Part shown: positions 1-9,606 of the stretch, in pieces
Numbering within the stretch: the first letter of the stretch is position 1
Layout: every line of letters starts with the position of its first letter
Virus record (IMG/VR): IMGVR_UViG_3300012200_000014
Coordinates: 1 to 26,953 of that record
Source: a virus
Taxonomy: Duplodnaviria > Caudoviricetes
Length of the DNA: 26,953 bases
Strand: one strand, 5' to 3'
Position numbers and translations under genes: made by a program
Notes under the pieces: generated by a model
Database searches by the model: none
Seen by the model: only the letters and a program-made list of their open reading frames with translations
Told to the model about the DNA's origin: nothing

Positions 1-72
1 CCGGAGAACGCGATGGCGACGATGCTGCGCTCGACCGGCGGTGCTTCGAACGGCGGTGGCGGTGGCTCCTAG
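1..72 (+). CDS. 3' end of an upstream gene (possibly portal), truncated by the window edge
   Basis: Frame +1 is open from base 1 (PENAMATMLRSTGGASNGGGGGS) to TAG at 70-72 with GC-rich third positions. Portal is guessed only from its position before the scaffold and capsid genes. Confidence 0.45.
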   Translation, partial: PENAMATMLRSTGGASNGGGGGS

Positions 73-388
73 ACGGCGCCGGCGCACGCTGACCGAGGCC
101 GAGCAGCGCGAGCAGACAGTCCGCGACGGCAACCTGCAGGCGCTCGCCAAGCACCCGGCCTGGCCCGACCTGGAGGCCTCCGTCGGCCTCAAGGTGGTGG
201 CGATCGAGCGCATCCTGCTCGGCCACGTCCTGGCGCCCAACGAGCCTGTCGACCAGCGCCTCGTCGACCACTGGCGCGGCTTCATCGACGGCATGCAGTG
301 GTTGGTCAGGCAGCCCTTGAGCGCCGAGAACCGGCTCGAGCGACAGCTGCAAGAACGCGGCGTGACCGCGGAAGGAGATAGCCAGTGA
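62..388 (+). CDS. Small head-module hypothetical protein (~108 aa)
   Basis: Part of ORF 41..388. GTG at 62 overlaps the upstream stop and its TGA overlaps the next start. Exact start is uncertain. Confidence 0.7.
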   Translation: MAPRRRRRTLTEAEQREQTVRDGNLQALAKHPAWPDLEASVGLKVVAIERILLGHVLAPNEPVDQRLVDHWRGFIDGMQWLVRQPLSAENRLERQLQERGVTAEGDSQ

Positions 389-1428
389 ACAACCGCGAGG
401 TGACAGAGCAGATCCTTGCCGCCTGGGACGAGGAACAGGAGGAGGAGGCGCCGGAAGAGATCGTCGACGCCACCACCACCGAAGAGATCCCCGAGCCCGA
501 GCCGGGCACGCCGGAAACACCGGAAGCGCCGGAGGAGCCGGAAGAGGCAGAGGAGGAAGCAGAGGAGGGCGAGGACGAGCAGGGTGAGGCCGAGCTCGAG
601 GAGGCAGAAGAGGAGGCCGAGGTCCGCGCCGGCTTCGAAACCGACGACCCGGAGATTCTCGCCTACCTGGCCAAGTACGCCGGCGACCCGCAGGAGGCCT
701 TGAAGGCCGCGGTCAACCTGGAGCGCGTGCTCGGGCGGCAGGGCCGCGAGAACGGCCAGCTCTCACAGCGCGTCCGCGAGCTGGAGGCCCAGGTGCAGCG
801 CCAGCAGGCGATCACCCCGACGATCCTGCTCAACGAGGAGCAGCGCCAGTGGGTGGAGAACGCCGTCGAGTCCGGCGACCCGCAGGCTTTCGTGCGCGAG
901 GCGCTCAACGTCGAGGAGTACGATCTCGCCCGCGCCGTCTGCGAGCAGTGGGCCGAGGAGCGCCCCTACGAGGCGGCGCGGCTCGCCAGCTTCATCGATC
1001 GCTCCGAGCAGCAGACGCAGGTCAGCTTGCAGCAGGCGCAGGAGGACGTGATCGTCGACCACGCGGCGCTGATGGAGGTGCTGGTCGAGCACTTCCCGCA
1101 GATGCCGACCTACGAGCGCCAGATGCTCTCGATGATGGAGACGCTCGGACCCGTGCACCCGCTCGTCCAGGACGCCCGCTCTAACGACCCGGAGACGGCG
1201 GCGCGAGGGATCATCGGCATCTACGAGATCGCCCGCGCCTCCGCGGCGACGGTCAAATCGACCCGCGAGAAGATCACCAGGGACCGGCGGCAAGCGGACG
1301 AAGACGCCCGCGGCGCCGCAGTGGTAAGTTCAGCCCAGACCTCGCCAGGTTCAGACGAGACACCCCGCGCCACCAGACTCGGCCCGGGCCTCACCCTGGA
1401 AGACCTGGACAGGGCCTGGAACCAGTAG
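385..1428 (+). CDS. Putative capsid scaffolding protein
   Basis: 347 aa with a very acidic Glu/Pro N-terminus followed by a coiled coil. It lies directly before the capsid gene and has an AGGA RBS. Confidence 0.75.
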   Translation: MNNREVTEQILAAWDEEQEEEAPEEIVDATTTEEIPEPEPGTPETPEAPEEPEEAEEEAEEGEDEQGEAELEEAEEEAEVRAGFETDDPEILAYLAKYAGDPQEALKAAVNLERVLGRQGRENGQLSQRVRELEAQVQRQQAITPTILLNEEQRQWVENAVESGDPQAFVREALNVEEYDLARAVCEQWAEERPYEAARLASFIDRSEQQTQVSLQQAQEDVIVDHAALMEVLVEHFPQMPTYERQMLSMMETLGPVHPLVQDARSNDPETAARGIIGIYEIARASAATVKSTREKITRDRRQADEDARGAAVVSSAQTSPGSDETPRATRLGPGLTLEDLDRAWNQ

Positions 1429-1513
1429 GCCAGACGGGCCTCCCTCAGCGGAGACACCCCGCGGGCCGAAGGACAACAGATCCGTTCTTCGCAACCCGTC
1501 AGGAGGGCCACCC

Positions 1514-2707
1514 GTGGCCGGCACCATCGCACAGGGCAACGTCTCCACCGAGGAGATCCTGCCCGACGAGCGCGTCGTCGACATGGACGACCGCATCCGC
1601 AAGCTGAAGCCCGACGACGCCCAGTTCTCGACGATGACCGACAAGGCCTCGTCCAAACAGGCCGTCCGGGAGAAGGTCAACTGGCTCGAGGAGGAAGACT
1701 TCCCCCGCCAGGTGACCGGCGATGCCCAGACGAACGTCTCGACGACGCTGAACGTCAGCGCCGGGCAGGGCAAGATCGTCGCCGCGAACGACACGCTACG
1801 CAACATGCGCTCGGGCGAGGCGATCCGCGTCGTCTCGGTCGCGACCGACGCGCTGACAATCGCTCGAGGCGTCGGCAGCGTCGCCGCCGCCGCCACGAAC
1901 GCGGGCGACACCTACCTCGTCGTCGCCGACGCACAGCCGCAGGGCTCCGACTTCCCGTCGCCCCGCTACCTCGGCCGTGTGCTCGGCTACAACTACACTC
2001 AGATCACCCGCACCACCTGGTCGTTCACCGGCACCCAGACCGCGATCGAGCTGTACGGCGGACGGGAGCCGGCGAAGGAGGCGACCAGGAAGGCACGGGA
2101 GCACAAGCGCAAGTGGGAGGCGATCGGCTTCTTCGGACCGCGCTCCTACGCCGCCAACTCCGGCGCGCCCGACAACGAGCCGAAGGGCACCTCGGGCGGC
2201 GCGATCGAGTTCATCTCGACCTACAAGCTGGCCCTGACCGGGCCGCTGACCCCGACCGCGTTCGACAGCTTCATCATGCCGATCATGGCGAACGGCGAAC
2301 CGGGCTCGAAGGTCCTGTTCGCCTCCCCGGTCGTGACGATGTGCATGTCGAACTGGACGAGAGTCGGGATGGGCGCCCAGTGGCAGCCGACCCCGGAGGA
2401 GGTCTTCGGCGTCAAGGTCGACGCCTTCATTTCCGGCGCCTACGGCTACCGGATCCCCGTCGTCGTCAAGAAGGAGTGGTCGGAGTTCCCGTACCTGACC
2501 AGCGTCGGCTACGGCGGCTACGCCTTCCTGCTCGACCTCTCGCTGATCGAGCAGCGGCCGATGCGCGACCGCGACACGAAGCTGATCACCGAACAGCAGC
2601 CGAAGGGCAAGGACGTCTACTCGGCTGAGTACATGCGCGAGGCAACGTACGAGTTCGCCCACGAGCGGGCACACGGAATCATCACCGGCTGCCTGCCGCC
2701 TCCGTGA
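1514..2707 (+). CDS. Major capsid protein (DUF5309/SU10-like, HK97 fold)
   Basis: 397 aa with an AGGAGG RBS at 1501. Motifs VNWLEEE, NYTQITRT, EHKRKWE and EATYEF-HERAHG and the position after the scaffold fit this family. Confidence 0.85.
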   Translation: MAGTIAQGNVSTEEILPDERVVDMDDRIRKLKPDDAQFSTMTDKASSKQAVREKVNWLEEEDFPRQVTGDAQTNVSTTLNVSAGQGKIVAANDTLRNMRSGEAIRVVSVATDALTIARGVGSVAAAATNAGDTYLVVADAQPQGSDFPSPRYLGRVLGYNYTQITRTTWSFTGTQTAIELYGGREPAKEATRKAREHKRKWEAIGFFGPRSYAANSGAPDNEPKGTSGGAIEFISTYKLALTGPLTPTAFDSFIMPIMANGEPGSKVLFASPVVTMCMSNWTRVGMGAQWQPTPEEVFGVKVDAFISGAYGYRIPVVVKKEWSEFPYLTSVGYGGYAFLLDLSLIEQRPMRDRDTKLITEQQPKGKDVYSAEYMREATYEFAHERAHGIITGCLPPP

Positions 2708-2717
2708 GCTCCAGCAG

Positions 2718-2770
2718 TGTGGGGGTGGGTTCGGAACTGACCGTCCTCGCCCGCCCCCACAAACCTTTCT
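2718..2770 (+). terminator. Stem-loop after the capsid gene (terminator or mRNA-stabilising hairpin)
   Basis: TGTGGGGGTGGG pairs with CCCGCCCCCACA. Only a weak T-rich tail follows. Confidence 0.5.
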
Positions 2771-2782
2771 AGGAGGACAGGA

Positions 2783-3355
2783 ATGCGTTTCGCATCCAGA
2801 TACGGCCGCATGGTCGTGGAGATCCAGCGGCTGATCGCGGAGGAGTACGCGACCGGCGGCACCAAGGTCCTGCAGCAGGCCGTGCTCGCCCGCTTCGAGC
2901 CGGTCGGCCTGCAGCCGTTCGAGCGCGAGCTGGTGCTCACCCGCTGGGGCGGCAAGTTCAACGGCTCCTACCAGGAGATGGACGAGGTCACAATCGTCCC
3001 GCCCGACTACCGGATCGGCGTCTACGACAGCGTCCAGCAGCAGGAGCAGAACCAGTGGCCGGACGAGCTGCGGCTGAAGGTCGAAGAGAAGCTGCTCGCG
3101 CTCGAGAAGACCGAGGACGTCATCGCCCTCCCGAAGACGACGGTCCCGGCCCCCTGGCCGGCCTACGACGGCTACCAGGGCAGCATCCGCCAGCTGCTGA
3201 AGAAGCTCGACGAGGACGGCCACAACCTGCAGGACGTGCTCACCTACGAGCGTGCCTCGCAGAACCGGCAGGCCTTGGTCGACGCGCTCCAGTCGAAGCT
3301 CGGCGGCTTCGAGCTCGAAGAGGAGACGCCGAAGGAGGAAGAGATCGTTGCCTGA
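2783..3355 (+). CDS. Hypothetical head-associated protein
   Basis: 190 aa with an AGGAGG RBS and a small helical C-terminal motif (LTYERASQNRQALVDAL). Confidence 0.75.
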   Translation: MRFASRYGRMVVEIQRLIAEEYATGGTKVLQQAVLARFEPVGLQPFERELVLTRWGGKFNGSYQEMDEVTIVPPDYRIGVYDSVQQQEQNQWPDELRLKVEEKLLALEKTEDVIALPKTTVPAPWPAYDGYQGSIRQLLKKLDEDGHNLQDVLTYERASQNRQALVDALQSKLGGFELEEETPKEEEIVA

Positions 3356-3677
3356 GCGCTGGCGCCGGCCGGCGGTCGTGCTGGACAGCGAACACGTCCA
3401 GCAGGGGCTCTGGCTCCCGGACGGACGGGTGCTCGGCGAGGTGCAGCTAACCCTCGACGAGGAGACGATCGGGCGGATGCGGGCCGGCTACATGTGCGTC
3501 AAGTGCCTGGAGCCGTTCGAGCAGGCCTGGCCTGTCCGCTGCAACGTCTGCGGCGCCCCGATCCGCGACAAGCAGGCCGAGTACTTCGCCAGGGAGTACG
3601 CCGGCGAGATCAGGCTCGGCGGTCCCCCGCTCGAGCTCGACGGCATCCACGAACGTGCAGCAAGAGAGGAGCGGTAA
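3348..3677 (+). CDS. Zinc-ribbon hypothetical protein (109 aa)
   Basis: TTG at 3348 with AAGGAGG upstream, in the frame of ORF 3252..3677. Contains CVKC and CNVC. Confidence 0.7.
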   Translation: MPERWRRPAVVLDSEHVQQGLWLPDGRVLGEVQLTLDEETIGRMRAGYMCVKCLEPFEQAWPVRCNVCGAPIRDKQAEYFAREYAGEIRLGGPPLELDGIHERAAREER

Positions 3678-3878
3678 ATGTCGATCTCCGCGACCGGACA
3701 GCAGGACCCCCGCGACGCGCATGCCCTCGCCTACCAGCCCGGCTACTGGCTGCCGCACGAGCAGGCAGATCCGTACGGGGTGATGGACAGCTTCGTCGAC
3801 CCCACCTACGACCCCTACGGGTTCGAGCTCTGGGCAGCGGATCGTTCCGAGGCGAACAAGGGCCTGCAGCCGAAATGA
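3678..3878 (+). CDS. Small hypothetical protein (66 aa)
   Basis: GAGGAG RBS; abuts both neighbouring genes; high GC3. Confidence 0.65.
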   Translation: MSISATGQQDPRDAHALAYQPGYWLPHEQADPYGVMDSFVDPTYDPYGFELWAADRSEANKGLQPK

Positions 3879-4057
3879 GCACGGTGCGGATGCTCAACTC
3901 GGTCGGCGAGCACGTCGCCGGGCAGCAGTACGAGTTCGAGGACGAGTTGGCCGACCGCTTCATTTTGCTCGGCTACGCCGACGGCCGGCTCTCGCGTGAC
4001 TACAGCGTCGACGAGCGCAACGAGCTCCAGGCCGGCCACCAGGAGGTGAGCGTCTGA
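3875..4057 (+). CDS. Small hypothetical protein (60 aa, MSTVRMLNSVGEH...)
   Basis: ATGA overlap at 3875 and TGATG overlap at 4055-4059; 3' part of ORF 3494..4057. Confidence 0.65.
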   Translation: MSTVRMLNSVGEHVAGQQYEFEDELADRFILLGYADGRLSRDYSVDERNELQAGHQEVSV

Positions 4058-4473
4058 TGGCCTCTGCTCATTACAACCTGGCGTTGCAGGAGTTCTGGAA
4101 GGGCACGCACGGCGACCTGACCTCCGCCGGGGTGACGGTGAAGGTGCGGCTGATGCGCGTCTCCGCGTACACGTTCGCGCAGGCCCACCAGTTCCTCTCC
4201 TCGCTCCCGGCAGCGCTCGTCACCGACGTCACCCTCGGCACGAAGACGGCAAACGGCGCCGGCGCAGACCCTGGCTGCTTCGACGCCGGCGACGCCACCT
4301 TCCTCGCCGTCCCCTCCGGGGCCGCGATCGACTGCCTCGGCGTTTTCAAAGACACGGGCGTCGCGGGCACTAGCCCGCTGCTCTTCTACATCGACGGCTT
4401 CACGGTCACCCCGAACGGCGGCGACATCACGATTCAGTGGCAGAACAGCGCACCCTGGATCGCGAAGCTCTGA
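4057..4473 (+). CDS. Virion structural protein (fibre/decoration type)
   Basis: 138 aa, beta-rich, with an AGGAGG RBS. The pattern (DLT..TVKVRL; FDAGDATF; TPNGGDITIQW) is typical of small phage virion proteins. Confidence 0.7.
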   Translation: MASAHYNLALQEFWKGTHGDLTSAGVTVKVRLMRVSAYTFAQAHQFLSSLPAALVTDVTLGTKTANGAGADPGCFDAGDATFLAVPSGAAIDCLGVFKDTGVAGTSPLLFYIDGFTVTPNGGDITIQWQNSAPWIAKL

Positions 4474-4481
4474 GCTAGGTC

Positions 4482-5111
4482 ATGGCGGACACGAAGATCT
4501 CCGCGCTGACCGCCGCCCTGATACTCGCCGACACCGATGAGCTTGTGCTCGCCGCGAGCGGCGCGAACAAGAAGATCGCCGCCGCGAACCTGCGCGCAGC
4601 CCCGGCGGTGGCGACGATCTCCAATCTCTGGCTGCCGCTCTTCCCCTGCGCCTCGCTCGGCACGCAGGTCTATAACCCCGGCCAGCTGCGGGTTACACGC
4701 ACCGTGCTGGCGGCGGCGATCAAGACGGTGCAGCTGGACATCACCGCGGGCGTCGCGAGCACGTTGCGTGTCTGCGTCTACGCCGACACGGCAGCCGGGC
4801 CGGGGGCGCTGCTCTACCAGACAGCCGACATCTCAGGCTCCGCGATTGCCGCCCCGACCGCCGCGCTCGGGCCGGTCCCCGCAGGTACCTACTGGATCGG
4901 CGTGCAGAACACAGGCGCGTCGGGGGGGCCGACGATCCGTTCTTGCAACGGGGCGAACCCGTTCCTGACCGGCCTCGATCTTCCGGGTGCGAATGCGATC
5001 CCGAACGCCTGGTCGAACGCCGGGCAGGGAACGACGATCGCGAATCCGTTCCCGCTGGCCGGTGTGCTGCGTGCGGGGAACGTCCCCGCGATCTTCCTGC
5101 AGGCGTCCTAG
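4482..5111 (+). CDS. Virion structural / fibre protein
   Basis: 209 aa. The N-terminus MADTKISALTAA resembles short fibre-anchoring motifs and the C-terminal domain is beta-rich. Confidence 0.65.
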   Translation: MADTKISALTAALILADTDELVLAASGANKKIAAANLRAAPAVATISNLWLPLFPCASLGTQVYNPGQLRVTRTVLAAAIKTVQLDITAGVASTLRVCVYADTAAGPGALLYQTADISGSAIAAPTAALGPVPAGTYWIGVQNTGASGGPTIRSCNGANPFLTGLDLPGANAIPNAWSNAGQGTTIANPFPLAGVLRAGNVPAIFLQAS

Positions 5112-6025
5112 TGGCCGACTACATCGTCCTTGACGATGGCAGCGGCAAGCTGCTGCTCGAGGATGGCAGCGGGCTTCTGCTCGAGGCCCAGACGAGCTTC
5201 GTCGCCATCACTGCCCCGGTCTACCCGCCGGACTTCAACGCCTCGATCACCGGGCAGGTCGTCGCAGGCGACGGACATCTCGCGCTCGGCACACCCGGCG
5301 TCCAGTTCGGGACGCCGCAGGCGATCAACAACTACCCAGTGCTCGGGGTTGCGAGCGCGCAGGCCTTCGGCGCTCCGAGCGTCAGGGCGACGGTCACACG
5401 CACGGTCGGCTCGGTTGCCTCCGCGCAGAGCTTCGGGGCGGTGCGAGCGAACGTCCGCCTCGCCGGCGGCGGTCTTTCGACGGCGCAGGCTTTCGGCGTC
5501 CCCACGACCGCCTACCGGATCACGGCGCCGGGTGTCGCGAGCGCACAGGCCTTCGGCGCCCCGGCGGTCAGGCTCACCACCGCCGTCACCGTGCCGGGCG
5601 TCCCGAGCGCACAGAGCTTCGGGACGATCCGTACGCGCTTCACGGTCGCAGCCGGCTCCGTTCCGAGCGCGCAGAGTTTCGGGACACCGAAGGGCTCCTA
5701 CCGCGTCCGGATCGGCGGCGTCTCGACGGCGCAGGCCTTCGGCGCAGCGGCTGCCTGGCGCGTCTACCTGCGCACGGAAACGTGCCTGGAGGAAGACCTC
5801 GAGCAGCTGTACTGCCTGGAGACCGCCGCCGCGCCGATCTGCGGCGAGCACATCTGCGGCGAGGTCGTCGCGGGCAAGGTGATCGTCGTCGGCGGCAGCG
5901 TTGTCTTCATCCATTCGCAACCGACGCCGACCGAACTGACACTCGCGCCATCCGTCGCCAGCACCAGCACCTTGGCCGGGGCGGCGGCCAGCGACCTCGA
6001 CCTCACACCGACAGTCCCGCAATGA
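5111..6025 (+). CDS. Repeat-containing virion protein (304 aa)
   Basis: GTG at 5111 overlaps the upstream TAG. Has an N-terminal LLLEDGSGLLLE motif and seven ~20-aa repeats with core [GS][VL][APS][ST]AQ[AS]FG. Confidence 0.7.
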   Translation: MADYIVLDDGSGKLLLEDGSGLLLEAQTSFVAITAPVYPPDFNASITGQVVAGDGHLALGTPGVQFGTPQAINNYPVLGVASAQAFGAPSVRATVTRTVGSVASAQSFGAVRANVRLAGGGLSTAQAFGVPTTAYRITAPGVASAQAFGAPAVRLTTAVTVPGVPSAQSFGTIRTRFTVAAGSVPSAQSFGTPKGSYRVRIGGVSTAQAFGAAAAWRVYLRTETCLEEDLEQLYCLETAAAPICGEHICGEVVAGKVIVVGGSVVFIHSQPTPTELTLAPSVASTSTLAGAAASDLDLTPTVPQ

Positions 6026-6036
6026 AGGAGGACGAA

Positions 6037-6330
6037 GTGACAGACAAGAAGCAGGAGGAGCCGAAGCAGACGCTCCCAGCAGGGCACCCGCAGGCCGGGT
6101 ACCTGTCGCCCGACACCTCGCTCGAGGACGGCGTTGGCCTCCGGCCGGAGGTCGAGCAGAAGCGCGTCGACGAGGCGAACGAGGCGCGTGAGAAGGAGGC
6201 CGAAGCGATCGTCGAGCACGAGCACAAGGTGGCGACCGAGGAGCAGGAGGCTGCTCTCAAGGCGCAGGAGAAGGCGCAGCAGGAGACGAAGACAGCCGAG
6301 CCCGCGTCGAAGGCCGCGGCCTCGAGCTGA
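6037..6330 (+). CDS. Charged hypothetical protein (97 aa)
   Basis: AGGAGG at 6026 precedes GTG 6037; Glu/Lys/Ala-rich helical sequence. Confidence 0.7.
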   Translation: MTDKKQEEPKQTLPAGHPQAGYLSPDTSLEDGVGLRPEVEQKRVDEANEAREKEAEAIVEHEHKVATEEQEAALKAQEKAQQETKTAEPASKAAASS

Positions 6331-6333
6331 GGC

Positions 6334-6384
6334 TCGCAGTCAGGAAGGCCGGCCGTTTTGCAGAGCGGCCGGCCTCGACTGCGA
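6334..6384 (+). promoter_or_regulatory. Strong intergenic hairpin just 5' of the endolysin RBS
   Basis: TCGCAGTC-AGGA-AGGCCGGCCG pairs with CGGCCGGCCT-C-GACTGCGA. No U-tract follows. Confidence 0.55.
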
Positions 6385-6398
6385 CAGAAGGAGGACGG

Positions 6399-7319
6399 AT
6401 GAAGCAGTGGTGGGAGACCGGCTACCCCGGTGGGCCGATGGTCGCCGTGCGCGGATTCCCACGACCCTGTTACCCGCCCGACGCAGCGCCCGGGCGCAAG
6501 CCGTCGGCGCCCGGCTCCGACATCGAGGCCTACAAGCGCACGATCTCCCGCGCCGGACGCTGGAAGTGGCAGGCCTTCGACCAGGCGTTCTCGAACGCCT
6601 TCAGCCACGGCAAGGCGGGAGGCAACGTCGGCGAGTCGGGCGTGGCCGGCGTGCAGCGCCAGCAGCAGATCCAGCCGACCGGCTTCATCGGGCAGGAGAC
6701 GTTCAACCTGCTGCGCTCGATCCGCATCCCGCAGGGGCTGCCGCACGCCGGCGAGGCGGCGATGGACGCTCGCTCGGTCGAGTTGATCAACGCCGCCTGG
6801 GACCGCTTCGGCGGCGCAGAGCAGCCGGAGCCGCAGGCCGGCAGCGCAGCTCAGGCGCGGCTCGCGACCGCCAAGAACGAGATCGGGAACAAGGAGTCGC
6901 CCGCCAACTCGAACCTGACCAAGTACGGCGACTGGTACCGGATGAACGGCGTCCCCTGGTGCGCCATCTTCTGCACCTGGGCCGACCAGACGGGCCGGGA
7001 TCCGTACTCGGATTCGTTCGCCAGGGGCAGCCAGTGGAGCTACGTGCCCTACATCGTCGACGACGCCCGCAACGGGCGGAACGGCCTGACGATCACCTCG
7101 GGCCCGAAGCCGGGAGACCTGGTCTGCTTCGACTGGCAGCGGGACGGAGAGTTCGACCACATCGGGATCGTCCTGACCTCGCCAGACGGGAACGGCGACT
7201 TCGAGACCGTCGAAGGCAATACCAGCACCTCGGACAACTCGAACGGGGGCCAGGTAATGCAGCGCACGCGCAACAAGAACGGCCAGGGCACCGTCTTCGT
7301 GCGCGTCGCCGAGCCGTGA
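6399..7319 (+). CDS. Endolysin with a C-terminal CHAP domain and a probable N-terminal cell-wall-binding domain
   Basis: CHAP motifs PWCAIFCTW (catalytic Cys), KPGDLVCF, DHIGIV (His) and VEGNT. The N-terminal VQRQQQIQPTGFIGQETF resembles PG_binding_1. Confidence 0.85.
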   Translation: MKQWWETGYPGGPMVAVRGFPRPCYPPDAAPGRKPSAPGSDIEAYKRTISRAGRWKWQAFDQAFSNAFSHGKAGGNVGESGVAGVQRQQQIQPTGFIGQETFNLLRSIRIPQGLPHAGEAAMDARSVELINAAWDRFGGAEQPEPQAGSAAQARLATAKNEIGNKESPANSNLTKYGDWYRMNGVPWCAIFCTWADQTGRDPYSDSFARGSQWSYVPYIVDDARNGRNGLTITSGPKPGDLVCFDWQRDGEFDHIGIVLTSPDGNGDFETVEGNTSTSDNSNGGQVMQRTRNKNGQGTVFVRVAEP

Positions 7320-7492
7320 TCGCGAACCTGACGACCGCCGAGACGATCACGGGCGGAGTGATCGTCTTCTTCGCGCTGCTCGCGCTCGTGACGATCATTC
7401 GGGTGATTCTGCGTCGTGAGGACGCGACCTGGCGCGGGCTGCGCGTCGGCTTCTTCGTCGAGCGTGACCGGAAGGAGGATGAGAGGAGCTGA
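7316..7492 (+). CDS. Small single-TM protein, candidate holin (58 aa)
   Basis: GTGA overlap with the endolysin stop. Hydrophobic GGVIVFFALLALVTIIRVIL followed by a charged tail. Confidence 0.55.
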   Translation: MIANLTTAETITGGVIVFFALLALVTIIRVILRREDATWRGLRVGFFVERDRKEDERS

Positions 7493-8142
7493 TGACCAGG
7501 AAGGAGATCGCCGACCGCGTCCAGGCCTGGCTCGGGCTGCAGCAGATCGACGACTACAACGAGCTGCCGCTGGTGCAGGACATGATCTATCGCGGCACCA
7601 TCGACCTGCTTGCTCGCACCCGCTGTGTCGCTCGCTGCGTGCATCTGCACACCCAGGCGAACGTCGACACCTACACGCTCGACCATTCGATCCTCGCCCT
7701 GGTCGACGTCGACGACGGGGCGACGCGACGCGCACAGCGGAGCGACAGTCTCACCAGCCCGTCCTTCGCGCTGATCCGCTCCGACATCCTGCGCGTCAAC
7801 CCGACACCTTCGGTGGCCGGCGAGCTCGACGTCTGGGCGGTCCTGCGTCCGCAGAAGATGCAACTGGACGGCGACTCCCCCGGCGACGAGAACTACGGGG
7901 CGATCCCGGAGGAGTTCCAGGACGCGATCGAGCTCTTCTGCCGCTGGCAGTGCGCCGACTACGGCGACGACGCCTCGAGTCAGATCGGCGAGCGCTACCG
8001 CGTCCTCTACGAGGGGCCGGACGGGCGCGGCGGCAAGCTGCAGCAGATCCGGATGATGGTGAACAAGCGCGGCACGAGCCGTGCGGCCTCACGCCGGGTC
8101 AGGCTGAGCCCGGTCTCCGACCACGACGCCTGGGTCGGCTAA
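7492..8142 (+). CDS. Putative head-tail adaptor protein
   Basis: 216 aa with a helical N-terminus, beta insert and IPEEFQDAI motif; precedes the nozzle-like gene. Confidence 0.6.
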   Translation: MTRKEIADRVQAWLGLQQIDDYNELPLVQDMIYRGTIDLLARTRCVARCVHLHTQANVDTYTLDHSILALVDVDDGATRRAQRSDSLTSPSFALIRSDILRVNPTPSVAGELDVWAVLRPQKMQLDGDSPGDENYGAIPEEFQDAIELFCRWQCADYGDDASSQIGERYRVLYEGPDGRGGKLQQIRMMVNKRGTSRAASRRVRLSPVSDHDAWVG

Positions 8143-9606
8143 GTGGCTGCGCCCAGCTCGCTGCTCGGCGAGGCCCGCGCCTTCGCCCGCGACTTCCCCC
8201 GCGACCGGATGCCGCAGGGCTACCTGTGGGACGTCGTCGACTACGTGCCGCTGATCATCGACGCCGGCCTGACCGGGCGCGGCGGCTGGCAGTGGGGCTC
8301 CGACCTGATGGGCGGCGACCCCGTCGCCGGGATCCTCGGCGGCTTCACCAGCGGCGACAAGCTGCTCGTAATCGGCTCGAACAACCAGTGGTACGAGGTC
8401 GGCCAGAACCCGCCCTACCCGGTGACGGCGAAGGGCGGCTCCTACGCACCGAAGCAGCATCCGATCCAGGCGACGAACATGGTCGTGGCCTTCGACGGCG
8501 CCGCTGCCGGCGTCCCGCAGCTTCTGACCGCCCCCGGCGGCAACCTGGCGATCGTCGGGATGGATGCGAGCGCGCCGCATGCGCCCTTCGGGACCGCCTA
8601 CCACGAGTACATCGCCGTCGGCGGCGTCCCCGGCAATGAGAACGTCGTCTACTTCTCCTACCCCGGCCAACCGGCACACGCCTGGGACGCGCTCTCGAAC
8701 AAGCCGACCGCGAGGGCGATCACCGCGATGGCCTCCACCCGCTCGGTGATCCTCGTCTTCCACGCCGGCGCCGTCTCGCGCATCCGCGGCTCCACCCCGC
8801 CGCACAGCGGTGCCTCCGACGACGACCTGATCGAAGAGGGCCTGTTCGACCGGGTCGGCTGCACGAACCCGTTCACGATCGCTTACTGGAACGACAACTG
8901 CATCTTCGCCGATGAGCACGGCGTGCACGTCACCGACGGCGCCGTGATCCGCAACCTCGTCTCGCAGGGCGGCATCCTCTACTACTGGCGGACGCTCTAC
9001 CAGAACATGATCTCGCTCGCCGCCTGCACCTTCCTCGACTACTACCAGATCACGATCCGCCGCTCCGACGGGACGGCCACCACCCTGATCTGCGACCTGA
9101 ACAAGCGGCAGTGGTTCAGGTTCGCGAACATCTACGCGCTCTCCTACGTCGCCTCCTCTGGGGGGATCGGGATGGAGCGCGTCTGGGCGGGGATGGCCGG
9201 CACGAAAAGACTGGCCCGGATCGGCCCCTGTTTCTTCCCGGTCACCTCGGGCTCGACACCGGTCGCGGACGACGACGGCGTCTCGGTGCTGCCGGTCTTC
9301 GAGACGCCCTGGTACCGGATGGGACGCGAGGGCCACAAGCGGCAGCGCTTCGGCTACCTCTCCTACGACGCTCGTGCGTCCGCCACGGCGCCGGTGCTTT
9401 CGCTCGGCTACGTCGCCAACCCGAACGACCCCGCCTACACCTCGGTGGGCAGGCTGCCGCCGACCACGCGCTACAGCCGCTACAAGCTGCCGATCAACCG
9501 CGGCAGCTACGGGATGGCCTTCCAGGTCAAACAGCTGGCGCCGACGACCGTCACCCGCGTCTACGACCTAGCGGTCGAGGGCTGGCCGCTCGAGCCGTCC
9601 CGGTGA
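8143..9606 (+). CDS. Putative tail nozzle / stabilisation protein (P22 gp10- or T7 gp12-like position)
   Basis: 487 aa, beta-propeller-like (VYFSYPG..AW; VGCTNPFTI; FADEHGVH). Gene order fits a podovirus tail. Confidence 0.65.
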   Translation: MAAPSSLLGEARAFARDFPRDRMPQGYLWDVVDYVPLIIDAGLTGRGGWQWGSDLMGGDPVAGILGGFTSGDKLLVIGSNNQWYEVGQNPPYPVTAKGGSYAPKQHPIQATNMVVAFDGAAAGVPQLLTAPGGNLAIVGMDASAPHAPFGTAYHEYIAVGGVPGNENVVYFSYPGQPAHAWDALSNKPTARAITAMASTRSVILVFHAGAVSRIRGSTPPHSGASDDDLIEEGLFDRVGCTNPFTIAYWNDNCIFADEHGVHVTDGAVIRNLVSQGGILYYWRTLYQNMISLAACTFLDYYQITIRRSDGTATTLICDLNKRQWFRFANIYALSYVASSGGIGMERVWAGMAGTKRLARIGPCFFPVTSGSTPVADDDGVSVLPVFETPWYRMGREGHKRQRFGYLSYDARASATAPVLSLGYVANPNDPAYTSVGRLPPTTRYSRYKLPINRGSYGMAFQVKQLAPTTVTRVYDLAVEGWPLEPSR

